DNA of 64,000 nt from Obrimoposthia wandeli. Taxonomy: Eukaryota. Under the pieces are notes generated by a model. The model ran no database searches and had not been told where the DNA came from. It saw only the letters and a program-made list of their open reading frames with translations. Every line of letters begins with the position of its first letter. The first letter of the stretch is position 1. Shown here piece after piece: positions 40,268-51,443 of this stretch. Location of the stretch: positions 1 through 64,000 of the forward strand of contig CDROCS010006559.1 in NCBI GenBank assembly GCA_977020255.1. The letters run 5' to 3'. Position numbers and translations under genes: made by a program.

Positions 40268-41383
40268 ATGTTAATCGGCGTACCTAAAGAAATTAAAAAC
40301 CACGAATACCGTATCGGCATGACACCTGCAGGTGTACGTGAAGTCATTGCAGCTGGTCATCAAGTGATGATGCAAAAAGATGGTGGTACCGCTATCGGTC
40401 TAACAAATGAGCAGTATATTGCCGCTGGCGCGACTATCATTGACACCGCCGCAGAGATATTTGCTAAAGCAGACATGATTGTTAAAGTAAAAGAGCCACA
40501 AGAAAACGAATGCAAAATGCTGCGTTCAGGCCAGATCTTATTCACTTATCTACACCTTGCACCAGATCCTGCGCAAACTAAACTATTAGTAGAGTCTGAC
40601 AGTGTCGCTATCGCTTACGAAACTGTGACTGATAACAATAGAGGCCTACCACTACTTGCACCAATGAGTGAAGTAGCTGGCCGTATGGCTATTCAAGCGG
40701 GTGCTCATGCACTGGAGAAAGCACAGGGCGGTCTAGGTACTTTACTCGGCGGTGTTCCTGGCGTATCACCTGCTAAAGTTGTTGTGATTGGCGGTGGCGT
40801 GGTTGGTGTAAACGCCGCGCGTATGGCAATCGGCCTAGGTGCTGATGTTACTATTCTTGATCGCTCATTAACACGTCTAAAAGAGCTAGACAATTTGTAC
40901 GGCCCAAGCCTAAAGACTCTTTACTCAAACACTGAATCACTAGAATCTGAAGTCCTAGCCGCTGACTTAGTCATAGGTGCGGTTTTGATTCCTGGTGCTG
41001 CAGCTCCTAAGCTTGTAACCCGTGAAAATCTAAAAAGCATGAAAAAAGGCGCTGTACTGGTTGACGTTGCTATCGATCAAGGCGGTTGCTTTGAAACATC
41101 TCGCGCGACAACTCACCAAGATCCTATTTACATGGAAGAAGGCATTGTTCACTACTGTGTTGCCAACATGCCTGGTGGCGTAGCACGTACCTCTACTTTC
41201 GCTTTAACCAATGCAACATTACCGTTCATCTTGAACTTAGCTAACAAAGGCTACAAGCAAGCACTCAAAGATGACGAGCATTTGCTAAACGGTCTAAATG
41301 TTCATCGCGGTACTATCAACTTTGAAGCTGTAGCAAAGAATTTAGGCTACGATTACGTCGCACCAAGCGATGCAATTGCTTAA
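40268..41383 (+). CDS. ald: Alanine dehydrogenase
   Basis: [46 protein letters not shown]; RBS AGGAG. Confidence 0.97.
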   Translation: MLIGVPKEIKNHEYRIGMTPAGVREVIAAGHQVMMQKDGGTAIGLTNEQYIAAGATIIDTAAEIFAKADMIVKVKEPQENECKMLRSGQILFTYLHLAPDPAQTKLLVESDSVAIAYETVTDNNRGLPLLAPMSEVAGRMAIQAGAHALEKAQGGLGTLLGGVPGVSPAKVVVIGGGVVGVNAARMAIGLGADVTILDRSLTRLKELDNLYGPSLKTLYSNTESLESEVLAADLVIGAVLIPGAAAPKLVTRENLKSMKKGAVLVDVAIDQGGCFETSRATTHQDPIYMEEGIVHYCVANMPGGVARTSTFALTNATLPFILNLANKGYKQALKDDEHLLNGLNVHRGTINFEAVAKNLGYDYVAPSDAIA

Positions 41384-41397
41384 AGAGTAACGCTATC

Positions 41398-41426
41398 GAG
41401 CTGCACTTCACTGTGCAGCTCTTTCA
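41398..41426 (+). terminator. ald terminator
   Basis: GAGCTGCAC-ttcact-GTGCAGCTC followed by TTTC. Confidence 0.7.
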
Positions 41427-42193
41427 TTTAGCCATCGGAAACTGCATTTCCTATCGCGCTGCCCCACAAAACAATTCTTACATTTGAGGCAATGCTGAGC
41501 CGAAAATAGTAAATCACTCTGCTTAACTATCATTACATTCTCTAATAAAATACTCGCTACTACACCCTTGTGAGATCAGTGACAATAACAGCATTACACT
41601 ATCAACCATTAGTAATTGGCTACCTCCAACTTCCCTTTCGCTGCCTTTTCATTTAATCACTTAAATTAAAATCCATAATCCTTGACCGAACTCATTGGAT
41701 AATTTCATACATTCATCACTCGGCAAAATTGACATCTAGTGCCCTCACTGATAAAAGCGCTCACTTTCGCTAAATCCAGCTATAATTAAAGTGCTATTAG
41801 CTAATTTGGCATCGCGTGTTTAAGAAGTCTCATACTGTTCCGACCAAGGATAATGTTTTTTATGACGAACTGGCTCTTGATTATTGCATTCACCGGCATA
41901 TCGTAAAGGAAAAATTTATTTTAATTTAATTTGAACTTTTATATTTATGTGTTAAAAATGCGCCATCTAAGAATAAATACTAAAATAATGATTATTATGA
42001 TACAAATAAGTGAATGTTTGATTAACCAAAGACCATTTTGACTATCAATTAATAACACTCTTAGCCGATATCCATATAACCAAGGTTGTCGTGATTTTCA
42101 CGCCAGTCGCTATCTTTGATTTTAGTATGCTGTATTCGAACAACCGAATTTAGCAACGAAAATCTCGATAACTCATTCGAAGGTTGGCCTAAA

Positions 42194-44305
42194 ATGTTTA
42201 ATAGAATTCAGTATAAGATCGCACTCATCTCGGCACTGTGTCTACTCGTTGCCGTCGTCGCAAGCATCAGTATCACGGTATATAACAACCAGCAGATAGA
42301 AAGTAATATTGAAGAACTAATCCACATTGAGCTGCAAACTAAATCTAAGCAGCAATTACAAGCTATCGCCGAATTAGAAGCAGAAAAAATTGCCCGTAAT
42401 ATTGAAAACTCACTTTCTATAGCTTTAGGCATTCAAGCGACACTTCAAACTTACATCCAAAATAATGACAGTGAAGCACTTGATCGCGATCGTATAACGT
42501 CTTATCTCAAAGGAGCCCTTGAGCACAACAAAGGTATTTTGGGCACTTACACTGCATGGGAAAAGAATGCCGTCGACAACCTTGATGCACAGTATATTGG
42601 TAAAAAAACTAGCCACACTTTTGAGAACGGTCAATTTGCTCCCTATTGGAACCGTGGCGGTGACGGCACCATTGCTCTTAGACCACTGAATCTTGCGGAT
42701 GCCATGGATAACGGTGGCTCAGATGACGCCTCTAGTGATGATTGGTATTTATGTCCATTGAAGAAAAAACGTATTTGTATCACTGAGCCCTATTCGTGGG
42801 AAGTACAAGGCAAGCAAACCCTCGGTACATCTATTACCCTACCACTCATTGTCAATGGCAAGCTCTATGGGATGGCTGGTGTTGATATTGGTTTAGATCA
42901 AATTCAAAAATTTGCCATTAATGCATCTTCTAATTTATACGATGGTAAAGGCCGTGTGCATATTGTCAGCAGCGGCGGTAAGCTCTCTGGCGATTCACAT
43001 AAGCCAGAACTGGTTGGTAAGTCTTTAGAAGCCAAATACATGCCTCTGTTCAAAGACTGGAATCGCGCCAAAAAAGTAGCTTTTGATAAATTTGAGTCAG
43101 CTTATTTGGCCTATGCTCCTATAAAAATTGAGCGTTTAGACAATACATGGGGGGCAATTATTCAAGTTCCACAAGAAGAGGCTCTCGCTGGCGCCGAACA
43201 ATTGGATGTTCTGATGGAAGAGAGCTTTCGAGACAGCATCAATGAGCAAATGATTTTTAGTATCTTGATCGCTATTGGCGGTGTATTTATATTACTACTA
43301 TTTGCACGCACTATTTCTCGCCCAATTGAACGTTCAGCTGAAATAATCACTGACATTGCATCAAAAGATGGCGATTTAACCAATCGATTGAATATGCAGC
43401 GTAAAGATGAAATAGGTAAACTTGCCGATGGAGTAGATGCCTTTATAGGTAAGACACAAGATATTGTTAAGGATATCGCAGGCGAGATGAGTAATGTCGA
43501 AGGATCCGCTTTGCGCACCTCAGAAATAGCAAAGCAAAGTAATCTTCGTGTCGATCAACAGCGCTCAGAAATAGAAATGGTTGCCGCTGCTGTCACACAA
43601 ATGTCGGCCAACGCGGGGCAAGTAGCGCGCAGCGCTGAAGAGGCAGCCACATCTGCAGGGCAAGCTAAAAATGCGGTCACTATGGGTTCTGAAAACGTCC
43701 GAGAAAGTGCTGAATCCATTAAAACCTTATCAAATGAAATGGAGCAGGTTGGCACTGTCATGCAACAACTTGCCGGGGACAGTGAAAACATCAGTAAAAT
43801 TGTCGATGTTATCAATGGAATTTCTGAACAGACTAACTTGCTGGCACTAAACGCTGCAATTGAAGCGGCACGCGCCGGTGAACAGGGTCGCGGCTTTTCC
43901 GTCGTCGCCGACGAAGTGCGTAGTTTGGCCTCTAAAACACAACAGTCCACCCTTGAAATCCAACAACTTATTGATAAATTACAGGGACGCTCGCAGCAGG
44001 CAGTCACTGCACTTGAACAAGGTAATAAATATGTTGGAGAGTGCCTAAGTCGTGCCGAAAACGCCGTAGAAACACTCAGTGCGGTAGTTTCTGATATCAA
44101 TGAGATAGACAACATGACCTCACAAATTGCCACGGCATCAGAGCAGCAAGCGGAAGTATCCGAAGATATATCTCGCAACATTAGTAATATAAATGCTGCG
44201 GTGAATGAAGTTGCCGAAGCTTCAAATGATAGTTTGGCTGAGAGTGGCCGCCTATTTGAATTAGTTAAGAAATTAGAGCAGCAGCTCTCACGTTTCAAGT
44301 ACTAA
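42194..44305 (+). CDS. Methyl-accepting chemotaxis protein (Cache-type sensor, HAMP)
   Basis: Two TM helices, WYLCP..ITEPY sensor motif, QTNLLALNAAIEAARAGEQGRGFSVVADEVR. Confidence 0.95.
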   Translation: MFNRIQYKIALISALCLLVAVVASISITVYNNQQIESNIEELIHIELQTKSKQQLQAIAELEAEKIARNIENSLSIALGIQATLQTYIQNNDSEALDRDRITSYLKGALEHNKGILGTYTAWEKNAVDNLDAQYIGKKTSHTFENGQFAPYWNRGGDGTIALRPLNLADAMDNGGSDDASSDDWYLCPLKKKRICITEPYSWEVQGKQTLGTSITLPLIVNGKLYGMAGVDIGLDQIQKFAINASSNLYDGKGRVHIVSSGGKLSGDSHKPELVGKSLEAKYMPLFKDWNRAKKVAFDKFESAYLAYAPIKIERLDNTWGAIIQVPQEEALAGAEQLDVLMEESFRDSINEQMIFSILIAIGGVFILLLFARTISRPIERSAEIITDIASKDGDLTNRLNMQRKDEIGKLADGVDAFIGKTQDIVKDIAGEMSNVEGSALRTSEIAKQSNLRVDQQRSEIEMVAAAVTQMSANAGQVARSAEEAATSAGQAKNAVTMGSENVRESAESIKTLSNEMEQVGTVMQQLAGDSENISKIVDVINGISEQTNLLALNAAIEAARAGEQGRGFSVVADEVRSLASKTQQSTLEIQQLIDKLQGRSQQAVTALEQGNKYVGECLSRAENAVETLSAVVSDINEIDNMTSQIATASEQQAEVSEDISRNISNINAAVNEVAEASNDSLAESGRLFELVKKLEQQLSRFKY

Positions 44306-44313
44306 AACGATCA

Positions 44314-44345
44314 TTCAAACAGCCCGCCTCTACGGGCTGTTTGAA
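44314..44345. terminator. Hairpin between the convergent MCP and ABC exporter genes
   Basis: TTCAAACAGCCCG-cctcta-CGGGCTGTTTGAA. Confidence 0.7.
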
Positions 44346-44411
44346 GCCTTCGCCACAACACACTATTGAAGCTCACTTACCTGCGTTAACATCGTTAGAA
44401 TTAGCTTGTTT

Positions 44412-46256
44412 TCATTTCAGGTCTAATGAAACAACATCTCCATCTAACTGGGCCTGCCACATTCTTGCGTAGCGGCCACCTGCGTTCAACAATGTTTGAT
44501 GCGTGCCACGTTCAAGTATTTCCCCACGTTCAAGAACGATAATTAAATCGGCATCGACAACCGTTGATAGGCGATGTGCGATAGTGACTACTGTCTTATT
44601 AGCTGACATTTTTTGTAGACTCATCTGAATTTGGCGCTCAGTTTGAGTATCCAGTGCAGAAGTAGCCTCATCGAGCAGTAAGATTGGAGCATCTTTTAGG
44701 ATGGTACGTGCTATACCCACTCGCTGCTTCTCCCCCCCTGAAAGCTTTAACCCACGCTCACCTACTTTGGTTGCATATCCCTCTGGTAACTCTTTAATAA
44801 ATTCATGAACATTGGCAGCTTTTGCCGCCACTTCCACTTCTTCTTGCGTAGCGCTTGGATTACCATAGTGAATGTTGTAAAAAATACTGTCATTAAAAAG
44901 CACTGTGTCTTGAGGCACTACACCGATGTGACGCTGTAGGCTATCTTGGGTAACATCCCTAACATCCTGACCATCAATCAGTAACTGGCCCCCATTAACA
45001 TCGTAAAAGCGAAATAATAGACGACCGATAGTCGATTTTCCAGAACCTGATGCACCGACAATAGCCACCCGCTGCCCTCCCTGTACCACTAAATCAAGTG
45101 CCTTTAATATTGGCCGCTCTACTTGGTAGCTAAAACTTAGATTACGCAATTCAATTTTTGCGGCGCTAACCACTAACGCTTTTGCGCCGACTTTATCCGC
45201 TACCTCCGGTGCTTGTTCGAGTAAATCGAACATCTCTGCCATATCAATAATAGCTTGACGAATTTCGCGGTAGACAAAACCTAGAAAACCTAAAGGCATC
45301 ATCACCTGCATCATATAGGCATTGACCATCACAAAACCGCCAATGCTCATTTGCCCTAACGCCACATCTTTCGCTGCCAAAATAAGTGCCGCCACTAAGC
45401 CCGCGTTTATAATCAGCGATTGCCCAACATTGAGTAAGGCCAATGATTTAACGGTTTTTATTGCCGCTTGCTCATAGCCAGCCATAGATTCGTCGTAGCG
45501 TCTGGCTTCCAAAGTTTGAGCATTAAAATATTTCACCGTCTCAAAGTTTAGCAGACTATCTACTGCTTTCTGATTGGCATCTCTATCTTGATCGTTCATT
45601 TTTTTACGTATTTTAAGACGCCATTGGGTGACAACTGTGGTGAACCACACATAACAGACGACGGTTACTGATACGATGAGTAAATACCAATAATCAAAAA
45701 TACTGACTAAAATAATGCAAATTAAAATCAGCTCTAACAACAATGGCCCGATATTAAAAAGTAAAAAGCGTAAGAGAAAATCAATCCCTTTGATACCGCG
45801 CTCTACCACACGATTCAATCCGCCTGTTTTGCGACTGATGTGGTAACGCATCGACAATTGATGAATGTGGCTGAGTGTTTCAAACGCTACTGTACGTAAT
45901 GCGCCTTGGCCAACATCGACGAAGATGACATCACGCAATTGCGCGAATAGTACATTCATCAACTTAGTCATGCCGTATGCAATCACTAAACCTGAAGCGC
46001 CTAAGGCCAATAACCAGGTTTCTGATGCTACTTGGCCATCAAGCGAATCTACCGCCGCTTTGTAAAAAAACGGCGAAGCCACTGCTATTAACTTTGCCAG
46101 CACAAGCACACTTAAAGAAAGCACCACCCTTAAGCGTATCTTGTTATTACCTTCAGGCCAAAGATAGGGAAGGACACGCTTGATGACTTTGATCGCATTT
46201 GAACTATTGGTGGGATCGCTAGTTGAAGTACTTTCTGCCGATGATTTTGAACGCAT
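44412..46256 (-). CDS. Atm1/ABCB7-like ABC exporter (fused permease and ATPase)
   Basis: DSLLNFETVKYF, GASGSGKST, LSGGEKQR, LLDEATSALD. Confidence 0.92.
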   Translation of the reverse strand: MRSKSSAESTSTSDPTNSSNAIKVIKRVLPYLWPEGNNKIRLRVVLSLSVLVLAKLIAVASPFFYKAAVDSLDGQVASETWLLALGASGLVIAYGMTKLMNVLFAQLRDVIFVDVGQGALRTVAFETLSHIHQLSMRYHISRKTGGLNRVVERGIKGIDFLLRFLLFNIGPLLLELILICIILVSIFDYWYLLIVSVTVVCYVWFTTVVTQWRLKIRKKMNDQDRDANQKAVDSLLNFETVKYFNAQTLEARRYDESMAGYEQAAIKTVKSLALLNVGQSLIINAGLVAALILAAKDVALGQMSIGGFVMVNAYMMQVMMPLGFLGFVYREIRQAIIDMAEMFDLLEQAPEVADKVGAKALVVSAAKIELRNLSFSYQVERPILKALDLVVQGGQRVAIVGASGSGKSTIGRLLFRFYDVNGGQLLIDGQDVRDVTQDSLQRHIGVVPQDTVLFNDSIFYNIHYGNPSATQEEVEVAAKAANVHEFIKELPEGYATKVGERGLKLSGGEKQRVGIARTILKDAPILLLDEATSALDTQTERQIQMSLQKMSANKTVVTIAHRLSTVVDADLIIVLERGEILERGTHQTLLNAGGRYARMWQAQLDGDVVSLDLK

Positions 46257-46468
46257 TAAAACTACCTAAATATTAATAAAAACCATTATCAATATTGTAA
46301 CTCACCGCTAGAGTCTCAGTTGACAGATTTCGTCGAGCAAAACAAATTGAATCAATCATTTATATAGGAGGTATTACTTGTTTAATCAGAACAATATGGC
46401 GTTCGGTAATTGTCCATATAACATTTCAGTATCAGCAAATAATACAGTGGCGTCTCAGCACTTAAATG

Positions 46469-47206
46469 TCATATGTAAAACAAAACACCACGTATTAAGC
46501 CTACTAAAGATAAAATTAAGAGTAGCGCAATGACTGAGCGGCGTAACACTTTCTCATTTAATTTATGAAAAAGTGCACTGCCCACCTGTATACCTAGAGC
46601 CATCGGTAAGACCATAACGGCACTGAGTATCACCAGTGATTCGTTGTAAATTTGATGGCCTGAAGCACTGAGAATAAAAATAATATCGGCGGCAAAAAAG
46701 AACAGTACCAATGTAGCACGTAACTCCTTCATGCTGAGTCGTACCGATGCTAAGAAAGTTGCAACCGGCAGCCCGCCAACCGCTGCAGCACCATTGCACA
46801 CACCTGAAAACAGTCCCATAATAACGTAGCTGACAGGGGCAACTTTACCTTTGTAATGCCAACCAGAGAGTAACAGTAAACTGAGTACTAAAATAAGCGC
46901 ACTTAACAGTAATCGAATTTGTTCGGAGGGTAAATAAACCAGTGCCAAAATACCCAATGGGGTAGCAACGGCCGCACCGAGTAGTAACAGCAGTAAGGGT
47001 TTTATTGCAGCGTCTCGCCAAGTACTGAATGCCATGTGGATACTTGCGACTATCTCAAGAATCGCCACTAGAGGCACCACAACAGAAGGTGGCATAAAAA
47101 GCGCGCCAGAGGCGACGACTAAAGCAGAAAAACCAAAACCTATACAGCCGCGAACAACGCCTGCAAAGGCGACAATAATACCGAGCAAAATCCAATCAAC
47201 GGGCAT
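46469..47206 (-). CDS. TauE/SafE sulfite exporter family protein
   Basis: GVVRGCIGFG, GVCNGAAAVGGLP internal repeat, hydrophobic throughout. Confidence 0.85.
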   Translation of the reverse strand: MPVDWILLGIIVAFAGVVRGCIGFGFSALVVASGALFMPPSVVVPLVAILEIVASIHMAFSTWRDAAIKPLLLLLLGAAVATPLGILALVYLPSEQIRLLLSALILVLSLLLLSGWHYKGKVAPVSYVIMGLFSGVCNGAAAVGGLPVATFLASVRLSMKELRATLVLFFFAADIIFILSASGHQIYNESLVILSAVMVLPMALGIQVGSALFHKLNEKVLRRSVIALLLILSLVGLIRGVLFYI

Positions 47207-47287
47207 TATTGTCTCTCCTTAAGTGATTGTGTTATATGATGAATATAACACTGAGAGTATCACATAGTAGTAATTAACCACTATCCC

Positions 47288-48490
47288 CTAAGCGGCTATT
47301 TCACTGGCAACCTGACAAATAATTTCACCGATAAGCTGACAGTCATCTTCACTGAAGGTCAGAGGTATCCGCATATCTATTAAGCTCGATAAATGATGTT
47401 CAGTGCGTGTTAGTTTCGGCATTTCTTCAATGTACTTCCAGCTATCGTATCTGCTGGTATAGCCCTCGGGATCTTGAGCGCCAAACCACTTTAATACGAC
47501 TCCACGCTTAGCCGCTAAATCGACCAATTGGAGTATTTTGTCGGTTGCCAGTCCCAGTGCAGCGAATTGAATTGAGCTGGCAACAAATTGTTCTTTTTCA
47601 GGGCGCATAGGTATCGTCAGTACTGCACTTTTTGCCAACTCTTTCTCTAAAATACGATAACGGCTATTCCAACGTTGGCACTGTTGATCCAAATTGGCGA
47701 GCTGTGGCCGTAAAATAGCTGCGCGTAAGTTATCCATTCTGCCGGAGTAATTAGGTGTCTCAAATTTTATCTGTTCAAATACGGTTTTATCCGGTGCAGC
47801 CTGATGATTTGAAAAGAGCATATAAGAGCCTGAATGCATAATGGCACGCGCCATTAATTCAGGATTGTCCGTCGTGAGAAAACCACCTTCACCAGAGTTT
47901 ACATGTTTGTACGTTTGCATACTGAAACAAGCGACTTCACCAAAGGTTCCGCTTAACTGACCATTCCAACGCGCTCCCATTGTGTGTGCGCAATCTTCGA
48001 TCATCAAGATAGCGTAACGCTGACAGATATCCATCACGCGATCCATATCAACGATATGACCTCTCATATGTGAAAGCAGCAGGAATTTAGCACCACTGGA
48101 TTTAGCTTTTTCCTCTAAGTCGTCTAGATCGATACAAAAATCTTGTGCCACATCCACCAGCACCGGCTCACCACCTGTATTATGGATTGCGCCGGGAACA
48201 GGTGCTAAGGTAAAGGCATTACATAGCACCTTATCCCCTTTTGACACGCCAAGAGCACGCATGGCGATATGTAGAGAATAGCCACCAGATGAACAGGCCA
48301 AGGCAAACTTTTGCCCCATATAAGTGGCAAATTCCATCTCTAAATGATCAGTCTCGGACAGCTCGCCCTCAGCAGTATTGTAGCGATGTAATCTACCTGT
48401 TTTCATCACAGCGACAGCCGCGGCAATCGCCTCATCAGGTATCGCTTCTTGCTGGGTAAAAGATTTAGTAAAGACTTTCATGAAATGCAC
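47288..48490 (-). CDS. DegT/DnrJ/EryC1/StrS-family PLP enzyme
   Basis: LLSHMRG, IEDCAH, CFSMQTYKHVNSGEGG (PLP lysine); start may be 48481. Confidence 0.88.
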   Translation of the reverse strand: MHFMKVFTKSFTQQEAIPDEAIAAAVAVMKTGRLHRYNTAEGELSETDHLEMEFATYMGQKFALACSSGGYSLHIAMRALGVSKGDKVLCNAFTLAPVPGAIHNTGGEPVLVDVAQDFCIDLDDLEEKAKSSGAKFLLLSHMRGHIVDMDRVMDICQRYAILMIEDCAHTMGARWNGQLSGTFGEVACFSMQTYKHVNSGEGGFLTTDNPELMARAIMHSGSYMLFSNHQAAPDKTVFEQIKFETPNYSGRMDNLRAAILRPQLANLDQQCQRWNSRYRILEKELAKSAVLTIPMRPEKEQFVASSIQFAALGLATDKILQLVDLAAKRGVVLKWFGAQDPEGYTSRYDSWKYIEEMPKLTRTEHHLSSLIDMRIPLTFSEDDCQLIGEIICQVASEIAA

Positions 48491-48714
48491 TCATCTATTG
48501 TCTAGGAGACTGTCGGACTACCATTAATCTACTGCGAAAAATCTACCTCAAATCTTATTGTTCTCGCGACGATCGGCCAAGTCCAACAAGCTGCTAGCTT
48601 GTTTGTATTGCTATTAACAACTTACCGTTTAATCAACACTATTATAAGATAAGGAGCCCTATCAGCTCCTTATTATTAATAACATGTCTCAGTTAACGCT
48701 TGAATAATATGTTA

Positions 48715-50022
48715 TCAATCGTAGCGCTTTTGATCGTAAACGTTGAAGTCCCACTTTGTCTCTGGAAAGTACTTACGTAAACGCCAATCACAAGCGCGTG
48801 CATGCCCCTCCATTCCCTCTGCACGTGAAATACGTGATCCCACTGCACTGAAAGCAAGGTTAGCCTCTTCGCTAATTTCTTGGTACGTTAAAATCTTCAA
48901 GAATTTATGTACATTTAAACCACCGCTGTAGCGAGCCACTTTTCTGGTCGGTAAGATGTGGTTAGTGCCTGAACACTTATCACCGTGAGTGACGGTAGCC
49001 CCCTCACCCAAGAACAGTGAACCATAATTCTTCAACGTATCGCGCCACCATGGCAAGTCTTCAGTGATCACTTGTAAATGCTCACTGGCATAATCATCAC
49101 TGACAGTGACTAGCTCTTCACGGGTTTCACAAAAAATAATTTCTCCGTGGTTTTCCCAAGCACTTTGTACCACTTCTGCATTAGGCATATCCGCCGCAAC
49201 TTTAGGCATTAATTGCGCTACTTTTTCACCTAACTGACGATCAGTGGTAAATAACCACACAGGGGAATCATAACCATGCTCAGCCTGTGAGACTAAATCG
49301 ACTGCAATCGTCATTGGGTCTGCACTGCTATCAGCGATAATTGCAGATTCAGTAGGTCCTGCAAAAACGTCAATACCTACTTCACCAAAGAGTAAACGCT
49401 TAGCTTCAGCGACGTAGCCATTACCTGGCCCAACTAAAATGTCGGCGCAAACACCGGTAAATAAACCTTTGGCCATAGAAGCGACTGCGTGAACGCCTCC
49501 CATTTCAAGAATAATATCGGCACCAGCCAAGTCCATCGCAAACACGATAGCTGGGTGGATACTGCCATTTTTTGGTGGTGAACAAGCGACTATTTTCTCA
49601 ACACCCGCTACCTTTGCAGTGGCTATGCTCATTAATGCCGAAGCGGCATGTGAATAACGCCCACCGGGCACATAACAGCCCGCACAATTGACTGGGATTA
49701 TTTTTTGTCCCAACTTGACGCCTTCATGCGTTTCTATTTCAAACTCTTGCAAGCTGCCGCGCTGCGCGACAGCAAAAGCTTTTACCTGTGCATAGGCAAA
49801 ACGAATATCATCTTTAGTTTGCTCGGGCACTTGCGCTATCAGTTCTGCACGTTTGTCATCACTGAGAATAAAATCACCTTCCCAGTTATCGAACTGCTTG
49901 GCGTATTCTCTGACCGCATTTTCACCATTCTTCTCAATGTTTGCTAACATCAATTGAACGGTTTCTTGTATTTGATTGTCGCTCTGCTGCGTGGATACTG
50001 TGGCTTTTTTTATATAATGCAT
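48715..50022 (-). CDS. Histidinol-dehydrogenase homologue, HpsN-like (sulfopropanediol 3-dehydrogenase-like)
   Basis: GCYVPGGRY, DILVGPGN, SQAEH, SEHL, GDKCSGTNHILPT, GMEGHA; outside any his operon and next to TauE. Confidence 0.75.
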   Translation of the reverse strand: MHYIKKATVSTQQSDNQIQETVQLMLANIEKNGENAVREYAKQFDNWEGDFILSDDKRAELIAQVPEQTKDDIRFAYAQVKAFAVAQRGSLQEFEIETHEGVKLGQKIIPVNCAGCYVPGGRYSHAASALMSIATAKVAGVEKIVACSPPKNGSIHPAIVFAMDLAGADIILEMGGVHAVASMAKGLFTGVCADILVGPGNGYVAEAKRLLFGEVGIDVFAGPTESAIIADSSADPMTIAVDLVSQAEHGYDSPVWLFTTDRQLGEKVAQLMPKVAADMPNAEVVQSAWENHGEIIFCETREELVTVSDDYASEHLQVITEDLPWWRDTLKNYGSLFLGEGATVTHGDKCSGTNHILPTRKVARYSGGLNVHKFLKILTYQEISEEANLAFSAVGSRISRAEGMEGHARACDWRLRKYFPETKWDFNVYDQKRYD

Positions 50023-50465
50023 AATTTTCTCTCGCTCGCCGCTCAGACGCTACAAAACCCTGAGCTCAATGGGTATTATCAATATCATAGAGGGGAATAT
50101 ATTTTAACTACAATGCTGATTTTCTCTGTCCCTATTACTTTTTAGCATGACATTCTATCCTATGCTTTTCGAAACGCATTACCGAAGGTAAATTGCTAGA
50201 TAGTATAAAATCAATGTGCGAAGTGGCGAGAGAATATAAGACTAGGCATAAAAAAACAAAATACTACAATCATCGACCTCTACTAGCAGATTATAGTGAA
50301 AGGGAAGGATGAAGAGTGCTCTTAATTTGGCCATTGAATTTGTTTTTAACCCGAATAGTCGGACGCTATCATCATGTAACGTTCGTTCAATATATATCTA
50401 AGAATTCTAACAAGAGAAAACAACGCTTTACTGTTTTACTGCATTTTTCATCAAACCCAAAATGT

Positions 50466-51443
50466 TTAATATAGATGGCATGCTATTTCACGTCCTTGAA
50501 TTTCACGCAGCATAGGGATTTCTTCGCTACAGCGCTGTTGCGCTTGCGGACAACGGGTGTGAAATACGCAACCACTAGGGGGAAACAGCGGTGAAGGAGG
50601 CTCCCCTACTGGCCGTACTCTTTTCTGGGCTCTGGCTTTTGTTGGGTCTGGGATAGGCATCGCCGAATAGAGCATTTGGGTATAAGGGTGTAGTGGGATA
50701 TCACTGAGTAGTTGGGCGTCGCCAAACTCAACAACTTTTCCTAAATAGAGCACCAGTATTTTATCGGCTAGGTGATGCACTACTGCCAAATCGTGGGAAA
50801 TAAATAACAAGGTTAAACCTAACTCTTTTTTTAGCTTGGACAACAAGTTAATTATTTGGGCTTGTATTGATACATCTAATGCAGATACCGGTTCATCACA
50901 GACAATAAATTTAGGATTACTGATAATGGCACGCGCAATACCTATGCGCTGTGCCTGACCACCGGAGAACTCGTGGGGAAAGCGGTTTTGCATTCGCTCA
51001 GGTAAACCTACAGCTTCCATCACTTCGAGTACCCGCTGGCGAATAGCAACGCGATCTTGATTATCTGAAAACACTTGTAGTGGTTCACCAATGATATTAG
51101 CGACGGTCATGCGCGGGTTTAAGCTTGCCAACGGATCTTGAAAAATCATTTGTAAATCACGACGAATTTCACGGAATTCGCTTTCTGCTAACTGGTCAAT
51201 TCGACGCCCTTGCCATATCACTTTACCCTCACTATTGGGTGCCAAATTAATCAAAGCACGTCCCAAGCTAGACTTACCGCAACCAGATTCCCCCACAACT
51301 CCAATTGTCTCACCAGCTTTAGCTTCAAAGCTGACACCCGATACTGCTCTGAGTCGCTGTTTCGGCGAAAAAAGACCACCTCCCTCAACGCGGTAGTCAA
51401 CACACAAGTCTTCTACTTTTAGCAAGATTGAATCTTGGCTCAT
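50466..51443 (-). CDS. Oligopeptide/dipeptide ABC ATP-binding protein (OppF/DppF-like)
   Basis: GESGCGKS, FSGGQAQR, HPYT, GCVFHTRC. Confidence 0.93.
   Translation of the reverse strand: MSQDSILLKVEDLCVDYRVEGGGLFSPKQRLRAVSGVSFEAKAGETIGVVGESGCGKSSLGRALINLAPNSEGKVIWQGRRIDQLAESEFREIRRDLQMIFQDPLASLNPRMTVANIIGEPLQVFSDNQDRVAIRQRVLEVMEAVGLPERMQNRFPHEFSGGQAQRIGIARAIISNPKFIVCDEPVSALDVSIQAQIINLLSKLKKELGLTLLFISHDLAVVHHLADKILVLYLGKVVEFGDAQLLSDIPLHPYTQMLYSAMPIPDPTKARAQKRVRPVGEPPSPLFPPSGCVFHTRCPQAQQRCSEEIPMLREIQGREIACHLY

Noticed and set aside
43555-44298. 247-aa antisense ORF in the MCP gene, and similar antisense ORFs in ABC, valS and pepA genes
   Set aside because: Typical shadow ORFs opposite well-supported genes, with no motif or RBS support
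48715-50022. Calling this gene hisD
   Set aside because: It is not in a his cluster, has GCYVPGGRY and GDKCSGTNH variants, and sits next to a TauE exporter; an HpsN-like paralog fits better
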